Of a stretch of DNA of 64,000 nt, positions 1 to 6,795 are shown piece by piece. Each line of letters opens with the position of its first letter. Positions within the stretch are counted from its first letter, which is position 1. Below the pieces are notes generated by a model. The model had not been told where the DNA came from. It did no database searches and saw nothing but the letters and a program-made list of their open reading frames with translations. The stretch lies in IMG/VR virus record IMGVR_UViG_3300047160_000733. The stretch is one strand, 5' to 3'. This DNA is from a virus. The translations under genes and the position numbers were made by a program.

Positions 1-176
1 ATTGTTGCCAACACTGCGCCGATGGTACAACAAAACATAAAAACACCTAGGGCATATAGGAATAATTTGGCCTGATTATCTGCGCTTAATAAACCGTCTG
101 GGAGCATGAAGCAAGTCAACATAATGAATGCTGCAACCAAAATAAGGATCACATTAAAAACCGTTGCCTTATTCAT
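1..176 (-). CDS. hypothetical membrane protein (3' end runs off the window)
   Basis: ATG at 176 (MNKATVFNVILILVAAFIMLTCFML...), frame open to position 1, two hydrophobic helices. Lies just downstream of promoter 227-256. Absent from the ORF track because it has no stop in the window. Confidence 0.45.
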   Translation of the reverse strand, partial: MNKATVFNVILILVAAFIMLTCFMLPDGLLSADNQAKLFLYALGVFMFCCTIGAVLAT

Positions 177-226
177 TTCTATAAACCCTAAATTCTGGCC
201 TTGCCCGTTGCTTGGCCTATGCGGGT

Positions 227-256
227 ATTATGGGGGGAATCCGTTCCCCCTGTCAA
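227..256 (-). promoter_or_regulatory. sigma70-type early promoter
   Basis: Minus strand reads TTGACA-N18-CATAAT. The spacer is a dyad, GGGGGAA-CGGA-TTCCCCC. Confidence 0.6.
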
Positions 257-270
257 CACCTCAAAACAAA

Positions 271-576
271 TTATTCAAAATATTTATTTGTGCGGTTAGC
301 CGCGATCAAAAGCATTTCCTTTGCTGTTTCCACACTATAGGCGATCCGCTTGATTGTATCATTATCTATTACAATAAGATGCCCGTCAAAATAAAAGCTT
401 CCGCCTAAAACCTCTGATAGATTTACTGGGCACTGTTCAACGGAAACATTCAGATCCATAGTCTCTAATTCTTCCGTGTTGCATAGCTCGGCGCGGATCT
501 CAAACTCAAGACGAACATCAGGATCAATTGTGTTTTTAGGATAGATAGGAAAATTGATTTCTGTTATAAAAGCCAT
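271..576 (-). CDS. hypothetical protein
   Basis: ORF-track 271..609 trimmed to the ATG at 576 (MAFITEINF...) preceded by GAGAGG. The upstream gene stops at 593. Confidence 0.6.
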   Translation of the reverse strand: MAFITEINFPIYPKNTIDPDVRLEFEIRAELCNTEELETMDLNVSVEQCPVNLSEVLGGSFYFDGHLIVIDNDTIKRIAYSVETAKEMLLIAANRTNKYFE

Positions 577-592
577 TGTGTAAACCTCTCTA

Positions 593-880
593 TTATGCCT
601 TGAATGCATCGTTAGCGATAGCGGCGATCACGCCGTAAACCTGTGTACTGGTAAGCTCATCACTTTCTGCGGATTGAATGCAGGTGTTTAAATCCATCAT
701 TACATAACTAACAACAAATGATTTTTCTACGTTGGTAACAGTCACAACAAGTTTTGATTCCTGATCAGTATCTTTCTCATGCCAGAAAGTGATCTTTGTT
801 GTAACGGGGTACTGAGTAGACACGGACGCATCTATGTGGGATTTAACGGCAGATAAGAAAAAGAAGTTGTTTGCCTTCAT
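593..880 (-). CDS. hypothetical protein
   Basis: ORF-track 593..895 trimmed to the ATG at 880 (MKANNFFF...) with GAGAG upstream. Lies downstream of promoter 913-941. Confidence 0.6.
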   Translation of the reverse strand: MKANNFFFLSAVKSHIDASVSTQYPVTTKITFWHEKDTDQESKLVVTVTNVEKSFVVSYVMMDLNTCIQSAESDELTSTQVYGVIAAIANDAFKA

Positions 881-912
881 GGTCTTTACTCTCAATTTGT
901 TTGTGTCTGGGT

Positions 913-941
913 ATTATGGGCGCTTTCCGCGCCCCTGTCAA
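913..941 (-). promoter_or_regulatory. sigma70-type early promoter (repeated cassette)
   Basis: Minus strand TTGACA-N17-CATAAT. Spacer dyad GGGCGC-GGAAA-GCGCCC. Shares AAGCGCCCATAATACCCAGACA with 4339-4367 and 1983-2011. Confidence 0.7.
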
Positions 942-949
942 TCTTATTT

Positions 950-1276
950 TCAAACTTTCTTTACGCTGCGGATCTGCTCGGCTTCCAACTTGGGAACATA
1001 ACCGATCCCAACAATATATTCGTGCTGCTCGGCTATCATTACAAAGGTTCTATGCTTGCGATCTAGTACCCCGTTTAAACGTTCTTGATCGTTAAAAATC
1101 GGCTCTTCTAAGGCTGTTTCAATATAATGATTAAGCGCTTGCGCTTCCAGCTCTGTGAGTATGTGCCCTGTATGGCACTTGTAACCCGCTGCAAGGGGTT
1201 GCGCCTTTGCTCTCAATACTTGCCCTTGCATAGCTGATAGACTCGGTAGCTCTGGGTTTTCGTTGAACTTGTACAT
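950..1276 (-). CDS. hypothetical protein
   Basis: ORF-track 950..1339 trimmed to the ATG at 1276 (MYKFNENPELPS...) with AAAGGA upstream. The longer start would lie inside promoter 1311-1339. Confidence 0.6.
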   Translation of the reverse strand: MYKFNENPELPSLSAMQGQVLRAKAQPLAAGYKCHTGHILTELEAQALNHYIETALEEPIFNDQERLNGVLDRKHRTFVMIAEQHEYIVGIGYVPKLEAEQIRSVKKV

Positions 1277-1310
1277 GTTTAAAATCCTTTGTTGTTGTCT
1301 CGATTTGGGT

Positions 1311-1339
1311 ACTATACGCTTATAAAATCGGGAACACAA
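1311..1339 (-). promoter_or_regulatory. sigma70-type promoter
   Basis: Minus strand TTGTGT-N17-TATAGT. Confidence 0.45.
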
Positions 1340-1569
1340 GAAAAAATTTTCCGCTCGGGGGCGTTTCCGCCCCGTTGCACTTTAGATCATAACGCCATAC
1401 ATAATAGTTTTTACATACAATCCAGAAAATCTCTCCACCTCGGATGTATAAGATCTATACTAGCAAGGTGCCCATATGGGAATAATATTTTAAATAGGCC
1501 TCGCATTATTGCTGGCTTTATGGGTTGCCCTCGTACATTGGACAACCTAAAAACCGCCTAAACATATAA

Positions 1570-1770
1570 CTATTTACAACAATGTGATTCTATGATCTTC
1601 GATAGGTTGGCCGCTTTTCGTGTGGCTCCTGTTTGTATCAGTCTTTGCTTTACTTTGTCCAAAACTTCCAGTGCTTCCAGCTCTGGGAGGAAAGCGATCA
1701 CATAGTCGTAAACATTCCGCATGGCTCCTGATCTTGCTTTACGCATTGCGACGGCTTCACAATTGATCAT
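1570..1770 (-). CDS. hypothetical protein
   Basis: 66-aa ORF. Its start overlaps the stop of the upstream gene (ATGA coupling at 1767-1770). Confidence 0.55.
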   Translation of the reverse strand: MINCEAVAMRKARSGAMRNVYDYVIAFLPELEALEVLDKVKQRLIQTGATRKAANLSKIIESHCCK

Positions 1771-1952
1771 GGCATTGGCTCAATTTCGGGGCTTGGGATA
1801 CACGCCACCAAATAATAACGCTTATCACGTGCGGATCCGGCGGCGCTGATCTCACAGGTTAGACGGTCATCATATGAGTCGATTACATAATCATCACACT
1901 GATTTAAACCGTAGCCACTCAGGGCACATACTACCGCGAATACTTCAAACAT
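1767..1952 (-). CDS. hypothetical protein
   Basis: 61-aa ORF directly downstream of promoter 1983-2011. Confidence 0.55.
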   Translation of the reverse strand: MFEVFAVVCALSGYGLNQCDDYVIDSYDDRLTCEISAAGSARDKRYYLVACIPSPEIEPMP

Positions 1953-1982
1953 TTTTAAACCCTCGCTTGTCTGTGTCTGGTC

Positions 1983-2011
1983 ATTATGGGCGCTTATGGT
2001 GTGGTTGTCAA
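1983..2011 (-). promoter_or_regulatory. sigma70-type early promoter (repeated cassette)
   Basis: Minus strand TTGACA-N17-CATAAT. Same AAGCGCCCATAAT core as 913-941 and 4339-4367, but without the spacer dyad. Confidence 0.65.
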
Positions 2012-2013
2012 TC

Positions 2014-2238
2014 TTATTTCTTAAAAACTTTCACGGCGTACTGTGTAAGCTCTCCGGCCTCTACTATTAGGATCTGCGTTGTACTTATACTGATCCCCTC
2101 TCTGGTCGCCGTGGCTGTTAGGCTGTTCTGTGTGGTCTTGTATGCTTTACCCTCCGGCACAAAGTAAACATAAGGATCCCCAGCTTTACCCTCTTTTATG
2201 GCTCTGATAAAGTCTGTTAGGCTTAAAACGTTATTCAT
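2014..2238 (-). CDS. hypothetical protein
   Basis: 74-aa ORF with an ATG start. Confidence 0.6.
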   Translation of the reverse strand: MNNVLSLTDFIRAIKEGKAGDPYVYFVPEGKAYKTTQNSLTATATREGISISTTQILIVEAGELTQYAVKVFKK

Positions 2239-2257
2239 GATAAAACCCTATACCTTT

Positions 2258-2288
2258 AAATTAAAAATCCCCTAGGGGTTCCTAGGGG
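2258..2288 (-). terminator. rho-independent terminator
   Basis: Minus-strand RNA forms CCCCTAGG-AACC-CCTAGGGG followed by ATTTTTAATTT. Confidence 0.55.
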
Positions 2289-2302
2289 CTGTGTATGCTG
2301 TT

Positions 2303-2440
2303 CTACTCTGCGGTTTCCCACTCTACACGGCGGGCGCGGTTCGGCTTGTTTGCCTTGTCTCGCTTGATCCGTGTTTCTGCTTCACTATAGCCCAGTTTTG
2401 CACGTTTTGCGATCTTTTCTTTATTTGTTGAAACTACCAT
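2303..2440 (-). CDS. small basic hypothetical protein (45 aa, below ORF-track cutoff)
   Basis: Hand translation: MVVSTNKEKIAKRAKLGYSEAETRIKRDKANKPNRARRVEWETAE. Overlaps the end of 2421..2735 by 20 nt and is followed by terminator 2258-2288. RBS is weak. Confidence 0.35.
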   Translation of the reverse strand: MVVSTNKEKIAKRAKLGYSEAETRIKRDKANKPNRARRVEWETAE

Positions 2441-2735
2441 ATTTTTGTTGCTCCTGCTCATCATAATAACGGTTATCAATAATGTTTTCTATGTATTCCT
2501 GAGATCCGGATCTGTGGTACAACACAAAACCGCCGCGCTCTCTGATCTGCTCAAGTAGCCCAACACCTAGCAGATCGTTTAATGCTCCTTCCTCTCGCGT
2601 TGTGTATGTCTCCCTATATATCCGGTATTCAACGTAATGGTAAATACTCATTTTTCTTTTGTCCGAAAATAAGCGCGCCGCCTTGTAAATCGCCACCATC
2701 ACGGCGGCGGTTATGATGAAATAAGTGATCCCCAT
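2421..2735 (-). CDS. hypothetical membrane-anchored protein
   Basis: N-terminal hydrophobic helix (MGITYFIITAAVMVAIYKAARLF). Confidence 0.6.
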   Translation of the reverse strand: MGITYFIITAAVMVAIYKAARLFSDKRKMSIYHYVEYRIYRETYTTREEGALNDLLGVGLLEQIRERGGFVLYHRSGSQEYIENIIDNRYYDEQEQQKYGSFNK

Positions 2736-2755
2736 TATGGCCCCTTATGGGTATT

Positions 2756-3190
2756 TTAACAGGAACTTTCGAGCGTATCAACACAATAACGGGCCACAAT
2801 TTCTACGGCAGCATAAACAAAGGTATTATAAATATAATTATCTTCTGATTTACCCCACAAAGCGATCCCGATCTCGTCGTCGGTGTAGTCTTTCAGACCT
2901 GAAAAACCTTTAACCATTTCAAACATGCTTTCGCTGATCTGCTCGGCTTCCAGTTGGAACACGGCGCGGATCGCTTTCTTGTTTTTCTTCCAAAAGGTTA
3001 CACACTCATGAGTATAACAGAACGAAACTCCGGTATTTGCTCCGTGGTTGTAAACATCATTCATGGTGTCCCGCTTCCAATCTGCCCAACCACCATGCGC
3101 CGCTGCTACGGTACGGATCAAAGGTGCGGCCTCTTCACCGTATACGTTGATCACTTGTTTCATGGTTAAAGTTGAAATAGTGGTTTTCAT
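2756..3190 (-). CDS. hypothetical protein
   Basis: 144-aa ORF with an ATG start. No motif recognised. Confidence 0.65.
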   Translation of the reverse strand: MKTTISTLTMKQVINVYGEEAAPLIRTVAAAHGGWADWKRDTMNDVYNHGANTGVSFCYTHECVTFWKKNKKAIRAVFQLEAEQISESMFEMVKGFSGLKDYTDDEIGIALWGKSEDNYIYNTFVYAAVEIVARYCVDTLESSC

Positions 3191-3285
3191 GATGTATTTC
3201 CTGTTGTGCGTTGTGCCATTGTTGGCGGTTAAATCTCTTTATCAGGTGCCTATAGTCTCATAGGCTAGGCACCTTGTAAAGTAAT

Positions 3286-3531
3286 TTATTGAGCGTTTAA
3301 AACCTGTTTCCCTTTAGCGGTAATGATTACACCGCGAATATCGAAATAGGAAGCACTCAGTGAGATTAAACCCTTCTCTAGCAATACACGTGCAACTGTG
3401 GTAACAGCGCAACCACTCATAAACCAACGATAGGTATTATTTGTTGTATCAGCCAGCATCTTTGCATCGCTGTTTAGTTGAGATAAAACGCGGGTCTGTG
3501 CGGCGGTCAATTTGATAGTGGTAGTAGTCAT
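3286..3531 (-). CDS. hypothetical protein
   Basis: 81-aa ORF downstream of promoter 3585-3613. Confidence 0.6.
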   Translation of the reverse strand: MTTTTIKLTAAQTRVLSQLNSDAKMLADTTNNTYRWFMSGCAVTTVARVLLEKGLISLSASYFDIRGVIITAKGKQVLNAQ

Positions 3532-3584
3532 TTTGTTTTCTCTTTTATTTGTGGGCTTCGGTGTCTCCGTTGCCCTTGTTAGAT

Positions 3585-3613
3585 AATTTAATTGTTTTCG
3601 GTTATGTTGTCAA
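3585..3613 (-). promoter_or_regulatory. sigma70-type promoter
   Basis: Minus strand TTGACA-N17-TAAATT. Confidence 0.5.
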
Positions 3614-3632
3614 TCTTATTTTTAAATCTTTT

Positions 3633-3842
3633 TTATTTCTTGGCTAGGTGGTAAAAGAAATAACGAGCAACTGATCCGTTTCGTGCCTTGGGGCTCGGGG
3701 CGCGATACTTTGCGACCTTGTACCACTCGATCAGCCCTTCAACCTGAGAGCTAGAGAGTACATGAAAATCTTCTGTGAAGTCGATCCCACGTCCAGCTAA
3801 AACGCTTTTAATATACTCGCTCGATACTGTTTTGTTTTTCAT
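3633..3842 (-). CDS. hypothetical protein
   Basis: ORF-track 3633..3896 trimmed to the ATG at 3842 (MKNKTVSSEYIK...). The longer start would precede the predicted -10 at 3885-3890. Confidence 0.5.
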   Translation of the reverse strand: MKNKTVSSEYIKSVLAGRGIDFTEDFHVLSSSQVEGLIEWYKVAKYRAPSPKARNGSVARYFFYHLAKK

Positions 3843-3884
3843 GTTGCGGCCTGTTTGGTTGTTTGCCTTTGTCCGATGTGGGCT

Positions 3885-3914
3885 ATTGTAACCCACATCA
3901 CAAAGCGCTTACAA
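3885..3914 (-). promoter_or_regulatory. possible sigma70-type promoter
   Basis: Minus strand TTGTAA-N18-TACAAT. Confidence 0.35.
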
Positions 3915-3915
3915 G

Positions 3916-4062
3916 TTATTTTTGATAAAACTTTGTGCCGTTGGGTAAGCGATCCCCGAATCCTTCCCGATCTCGCAGGTTCTTTCTAGCTTCCTTTTCA
4001 TTACGTCCGGCAATGGTTAGGGCGTGGGCGAATTGCGGAATGTTTACATAATAGTTTTTCAT
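3916..4062 (-). CDS. small hypothetical protein (48 aa, below ORF-track cutoff)
   Basis: Hand translation: MKNYYVNIPQFAHALTIAGRNEKEARKNLRDREGFGDRLPNGTKFYQK. AGGGG RBS lies 6 nt upstream of the ATG. Fills the gap between 4071 and 3896. Confidence 0.45.
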   Translation of the reverse strand: MKNYYVNIPQFAHALTIAGRNEKEARKNLRDREGFGDRLPNGTKFYQK

Positions 4063-4070
4063 ACATACCC

Positions 4071-4310
4071 CTATTTTTTAAGGCTTGACCAGTTGAAACA
4101 CTCCGGCAATGAATCCAGCGTTAAACCTTTAGCCTTTGCGATTTTGTTTGCCTCGGCCTTTGTGATCTTTTGTTGTAGGCGCTGATCTTGTTTGGACTGC
4201 AAAAGATAAACTGTTTTGTATGTTACAAAACTTTCCCCCGTTTCACGGTTCACGTGGTGGATCACCTTTGCTTTACTATCTTTTACCAGATCGTGCGTTT
4301 CTGTTTTCAT
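4071..4310 (-). CDS. hypothetical protein
   Basis: 79-aa ORF directly downstream of promoter 4339-4367. Confidence 0.6.
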   Translation of the reverse strand: MKTETHDLVKDSKAKVIHHVNRETGESFVTYKTVYLLQSKQDQRLQQKITKAEANKIAKAKGLTLDSLPECFNWSSLKK

Positions 4311-4338
4311 TTTTAAACTCTCGTTTGTTTGTCTGGGT

Positions 4339-4367
4339 ATTATGGGCGCTTACTGCGCCCTTGTCAA
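4339..4367 (-). promoter_or_regulatory. sigma70-type early promoter (repeated cassette)
   Basis: Minus strand TTGACA-N17-CATAAT. Spacer dyad GGGCGC-AGTAA-GCGCCC. Confidence 0.7.
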
Positions 4368-4373
4368 ACAATA

Positions 4374-4775
4374 TTATAAATCTTTTTTACGCTTAACATC
4401 TGAGCAGTTAGAAAAAATCTGTACTCCCAGCGCTTCAGCTGTACGGTCTAAATGATAATGATTCTCAGTAGTGAACCACTCGGGGCGATCCGTCAAACAT
4501 TCCATCATTAAACGCATGGCTGTATTCTGATAGTGATCACCGTAACCATATTCAAACGGAACATAAGCAAGATCAATATACACATCTAAATTTTTATCGG
4601 TTAGTGGGTATTTAACCGGATCAACTCTGTTCGCTGTTTGGCGTGATACAAGGGCGCTTAGCTCTACGCTGTGATAGGTGTTACCGTAGGATGATTGGAA
4701 CCAACGACGCGCCACGATTGAGATTTCTTTGATTTCTTTGATTGAAACGGTGGCGATAATGTTTTTGTTTTTCAT
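4374..4775 (-). CDS. hypothetical protein
   Basis: 133-aa ORF (ARRWFQSSYGNTYHSVEL...). No function recognised. Confidence 0.7.
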   Translation of the reverse strand: MKNKNIIATVSIKEIKEISIVARRWFQSSYGNTYHSVELSALVSRQTANRVDPVKYPLTDKNLDVYIDLAYVPFEYGYGDHYQNTAMRLMMECLTDRPEWFTTENHYHLDRTAEALGVQIFSNCSDVKRKKDL

Positions 4776-4854
4776 ATTCTTAATTCTCGATTGTTGGCGG
4801 TAACATTACCGCCTTTGAATATACTAGTTTACTGTGATCAGGATTGCAAGCGAT

Positions 4855-5148
4855 TTATAAAAGAAAAGCAATCTCTTCTGCTTTTGCATCAACCACAAAG
4901 TAAACATGAGAACGATCACGCGCTCCCAGCGTGACGGCTAGATCCTCACACTCTCGCAGTGTACCAAATGCGGCGAACTCTTTAAACTTGTGATCATGGG
5001 TACGGTACAACACGCCATAATCACGGCTGACACTCTCCCAGCCTTTCGAGAACTCCGCCACCACTGCCGGATCTTTATAGCGTGATGCATTGATCGCGCC
5101 GTTACGCGCCGCCTGTTGCCCTTCAATGTAATATTTAGATACTTGCAC
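4855..5148 (-). CDS. hypothetical protein with Rmf-like N-terminal motif
   Basis: GTG start. YIEGQQAARNGAINASRYKDPAVVAEFSKGWES resembles the G-x-x-A-x-x-G ... P ... W-x-x-GW pattern of ribosome-modulation-factor-like domains. Based on recollection only. Confidence 0.55.
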   Translation of the reverse strand: MQVSKYYIEGQQAARNGAINASRYKDPAVVAEFSKGWESVSRDYGVLYRTHDHKFKEFAAFGTLRECEDLAVTLGARDRSHVYFVVDAKAEEIAFLL

Positions 5149-5151
5149 TCT

Positions 5152-5316
5152 CTAGGCCTCCACGGCATAAACTTTGATAAAATGGATCTGCTCTGTTGGG
5201 TGTTTCTCCCTAAGATCTTTTAGGATAATGGCCTTTGCTTCTACTTCGCTGTAGGCCTTCACATCCTGATCCCCGTAAAAGTTACCGATCCGCCACTGAA
5301 TGGAATATTTTTTCAC
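5152..5316 (-). CDS. small hypothetical protein (54 aa, below ORF-track cutoff)
   Basis: Hand translation from GTG 5316: MKKYSIQWRIGNFYGDQDVKAYSEVEAKAIILKDLREKHPTEQIHFIKVYAVEA. TGAGGA lies upstream. Exactly fills the gap between 5319 and 5148. Confidence 0.45.
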   Translation of the reverse strand: MKKYSIQWRIGNFYGDQDVKAYSEVEAKAIILKDLREKHPTEQIHFIKVYAVEA

Positions 5317-5318
5317 TT

Positions 5319-5633
5319 TTAGTAGTCCTCAACTCGATAGGTGTTTAATGTATCCCGTTTGTTTTGTTGCTCGCAATAGGATTCAGCTTTTTGTTTTGCA
5401 TTGTCGCCGGAAAATACCGCGCCTGTTCCGTTGTTGGTACACGTTACCAGATACGCCGGATCATCATGGCGATTCATAAAGGCTGGCACATTCTTTCGAT
5501 AATTCCACCCGCAAGACTCATGCCCCATAGTGCCCGCCTGATCACAGTTACAACGTTCTAAATCATCCTCGATTGGGGTGCGGCCTGTTGCCTGTTGGAA
5601 GTATTCAGCGGTGATGATCTTTAATGCTTTCAT
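5319..5633 (-). CDS. hypothetical Cys/His-rich protein
   Basis: 104-aa ORF (CNCDQAGTMGHESCGWNY). Confidence 0.65.
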   Translation of the reverse strand: MKALKIITAEYFQQATGRTPIEDDLERCNCDQAGTMGHESCGWNYRKNVPAFMNRHDDPAYLVTCTNNGTGAVFSGDNAKQKAESYCEQQNKRDTLNTYRVEDY

Positions 5634-5709
5634 GGTTCCGTGTCCTGTTTATTGTGGCGGGCTATCCCGCCGATGTGGTAAATATAGCCCAGTTAAAAAT
5701 CCATTGCAA

Positions 5710-5886
5710 CTAGTTTAGCGGTTTAATTTCAACGTCCAGAACTTCACCACGCAACAATTCAAACGTATAGAAAAGATCCTGATACACTATAGAGACAACG
5801 GTTAAAACCCCTTCATTGTGCTGTGTGTCTGTTATGCTGTGGATCTTCCCGTATCTTCTGCAATCTTTGTATAGTCTGTTATTCAT
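5710..5886 (-). CDS. hypothetical protein
   Basis: ORF-track 5710..5916 trimmed to the ATG at 5886 (MNNRLYKD...) with AAGGAAAG RBS. The longer start overlaps the -10 at 5915-5920. Confidence 0.5.
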   Translation of the reverse strand: MNNRLYKDCRRYGKIHSITDTQHNEGVLTVVSIVYQDLFYTFELLRGEVLDVEIKPLN

Positions 5887-5914
5887 GGCTGCTTTCCTTG
5901 TATGTAGTCCGATC

Positions 5915-5943
5915 ATTATGGCTGTATATCGTGGCTAGGTCAA
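5915..5943 (-). promoter_or_regulatory. sigma70-type promoter
   Basis: Minus strand TTGACC-N17-CATAAT. Confidence 0.6.
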
Positions 5944-5964
5944 AGATTTTTATGATTTATTTTG

Positions 5965-5993
5965 TTGCTTTCTGTTTTTGTGTGGTCTATAAT
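5965..5993 (+). promoter_or_regulatory. sigma70-type promoter facing the ORF-free locus
   Basis: Plus strand TTGCTT-N17-TATAAT. Divergent from 5915-5943. No translatable ORF with an RBS follows it. Confidence 0.55.
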
Positions 5994-5999
5994 TCTGTT

Positions 6000-6540
6000 G
6001 AACTTAAGGAACAACGCGCCACCCCCACGGCGAAAAGGCGGGGCTAGGGCTTCGGCACAAGGTGGATCGCCGGTAGCTCGGCCTGAAAAAGTTTTGTAAA
6101 GATTGAAAATAATGCTTGATCGGTGGCGTGGTTCTGCTATTATTATCACATAGCGGGAACACAGAAACCGGAGTTCAAAACACCGGAGGTGCCCGCTATT
6201 CCGGTAATGAGAATGATTATCATTCAACAATCTAAATGCGAATGATTCGTATTTCGCCTCGAAAAAAATCCTCCGATGAAAAATAATTTTGATTTTGTGA
6301 AACCATAAAAAATTTTTTGCGCCCTACCCTGCCGTAACGATTACAAAACCGAATTTGAAAAATCGATCGAGATCCTTGGAAAAATTTTACCGCCCTACCC
6401 TTCTCGACAAATTACGAAAGCTACATCGAGAAACAGATCGAGATCCTAAATTTTGGTAGGTGTAGATTTTATGAGCGCCCTGCCCTGCCCGCTATATTGT
6501 GATTGCTAGATTGAAAAGTAGATCGAGATCCTAAAATGTT
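6000..6540 (+). ncRNA. candidate untranslated transcript (GC-rich structured 5' part plus three-repeat array); 3' end unknown
   Basis: Starts about 7 nt after the -10 of the 5965-5993 promoter. The only plus-strand ATG ORFs are 13 aa or shorter or lack an RBS. Several GC stems are present, e.g. AGCGGG...CCGG-AGTTCAAAACA-CCGG...CCCGCT at 6151-6197. Strand and extent are inferred. Confidence 0.3.
6319..6532. repeat. three bipartite direct repeats (58 nt each; starts 6319, 6390, 6475)
   Basis: Each unit is GCGCCCTACCCTGCC-like (15 nt) + 31 nt semi-conserved + GATCGAGATCCT (12 nt, identical in all three). The 31-nt spacing is exact in all copies. Inter-unit linkers are 13 and 27 nt. Confidence 0.9.
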
Positions 6541-6795
6541 AGGTATCCTTCTATTGCCTCAGTTATGTTTCTTACCGTGAGAATACTCAACTATTTCTGT
6601 GGATGCTGCCATTATGCGGGACACAGTGAGGAGATGTTCTTAATGGTGGTAGATTGTGTGGGAATATCTCTGAGGGTCTTACAATGGCCTGTAGGTATCT
6701 AGAATCTATCTTGAATCCATTTTCATCTCAAAACGAAACGAAGAAATATCCCACAAATATCACAGGCCTTTAAAATATCTAGGATCGGTTTTTGT

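Noticed and set aside
5940-6230. 96-aa minus-strand ORF from the ORF track
   Set aside because: It has a TTG start without an RBS. It runs through the GC-rich hairpins and across both divergent promoters. Its composition (R/G/P/A-rich from GC stems) looks like translated structure, not a protein.
6000-6240. tRNA or tmRNA in the GC-rich ORF-free segment
   Set aside because: No T-arm (GTTCGAATC-like), D-arm or acceptor-stem geometry on either strand. The CCGG-AGTTCAAAACA-CCGG hairpin has an 11-nt loop, incompatible with a T-loop.
6319-6532. CRISPR-like mini-array (conserved flanks around 31-nt segments)
   Set aside because: The 'repeats' between the 31-nt segments have unequal length (40 vs 54 nt) and are not palindromic. 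The 31-nt cores share partial similarity with each other, so they are not independent spacers. No cas genes or leader are present. Treated as bipartite direct repeats instead.
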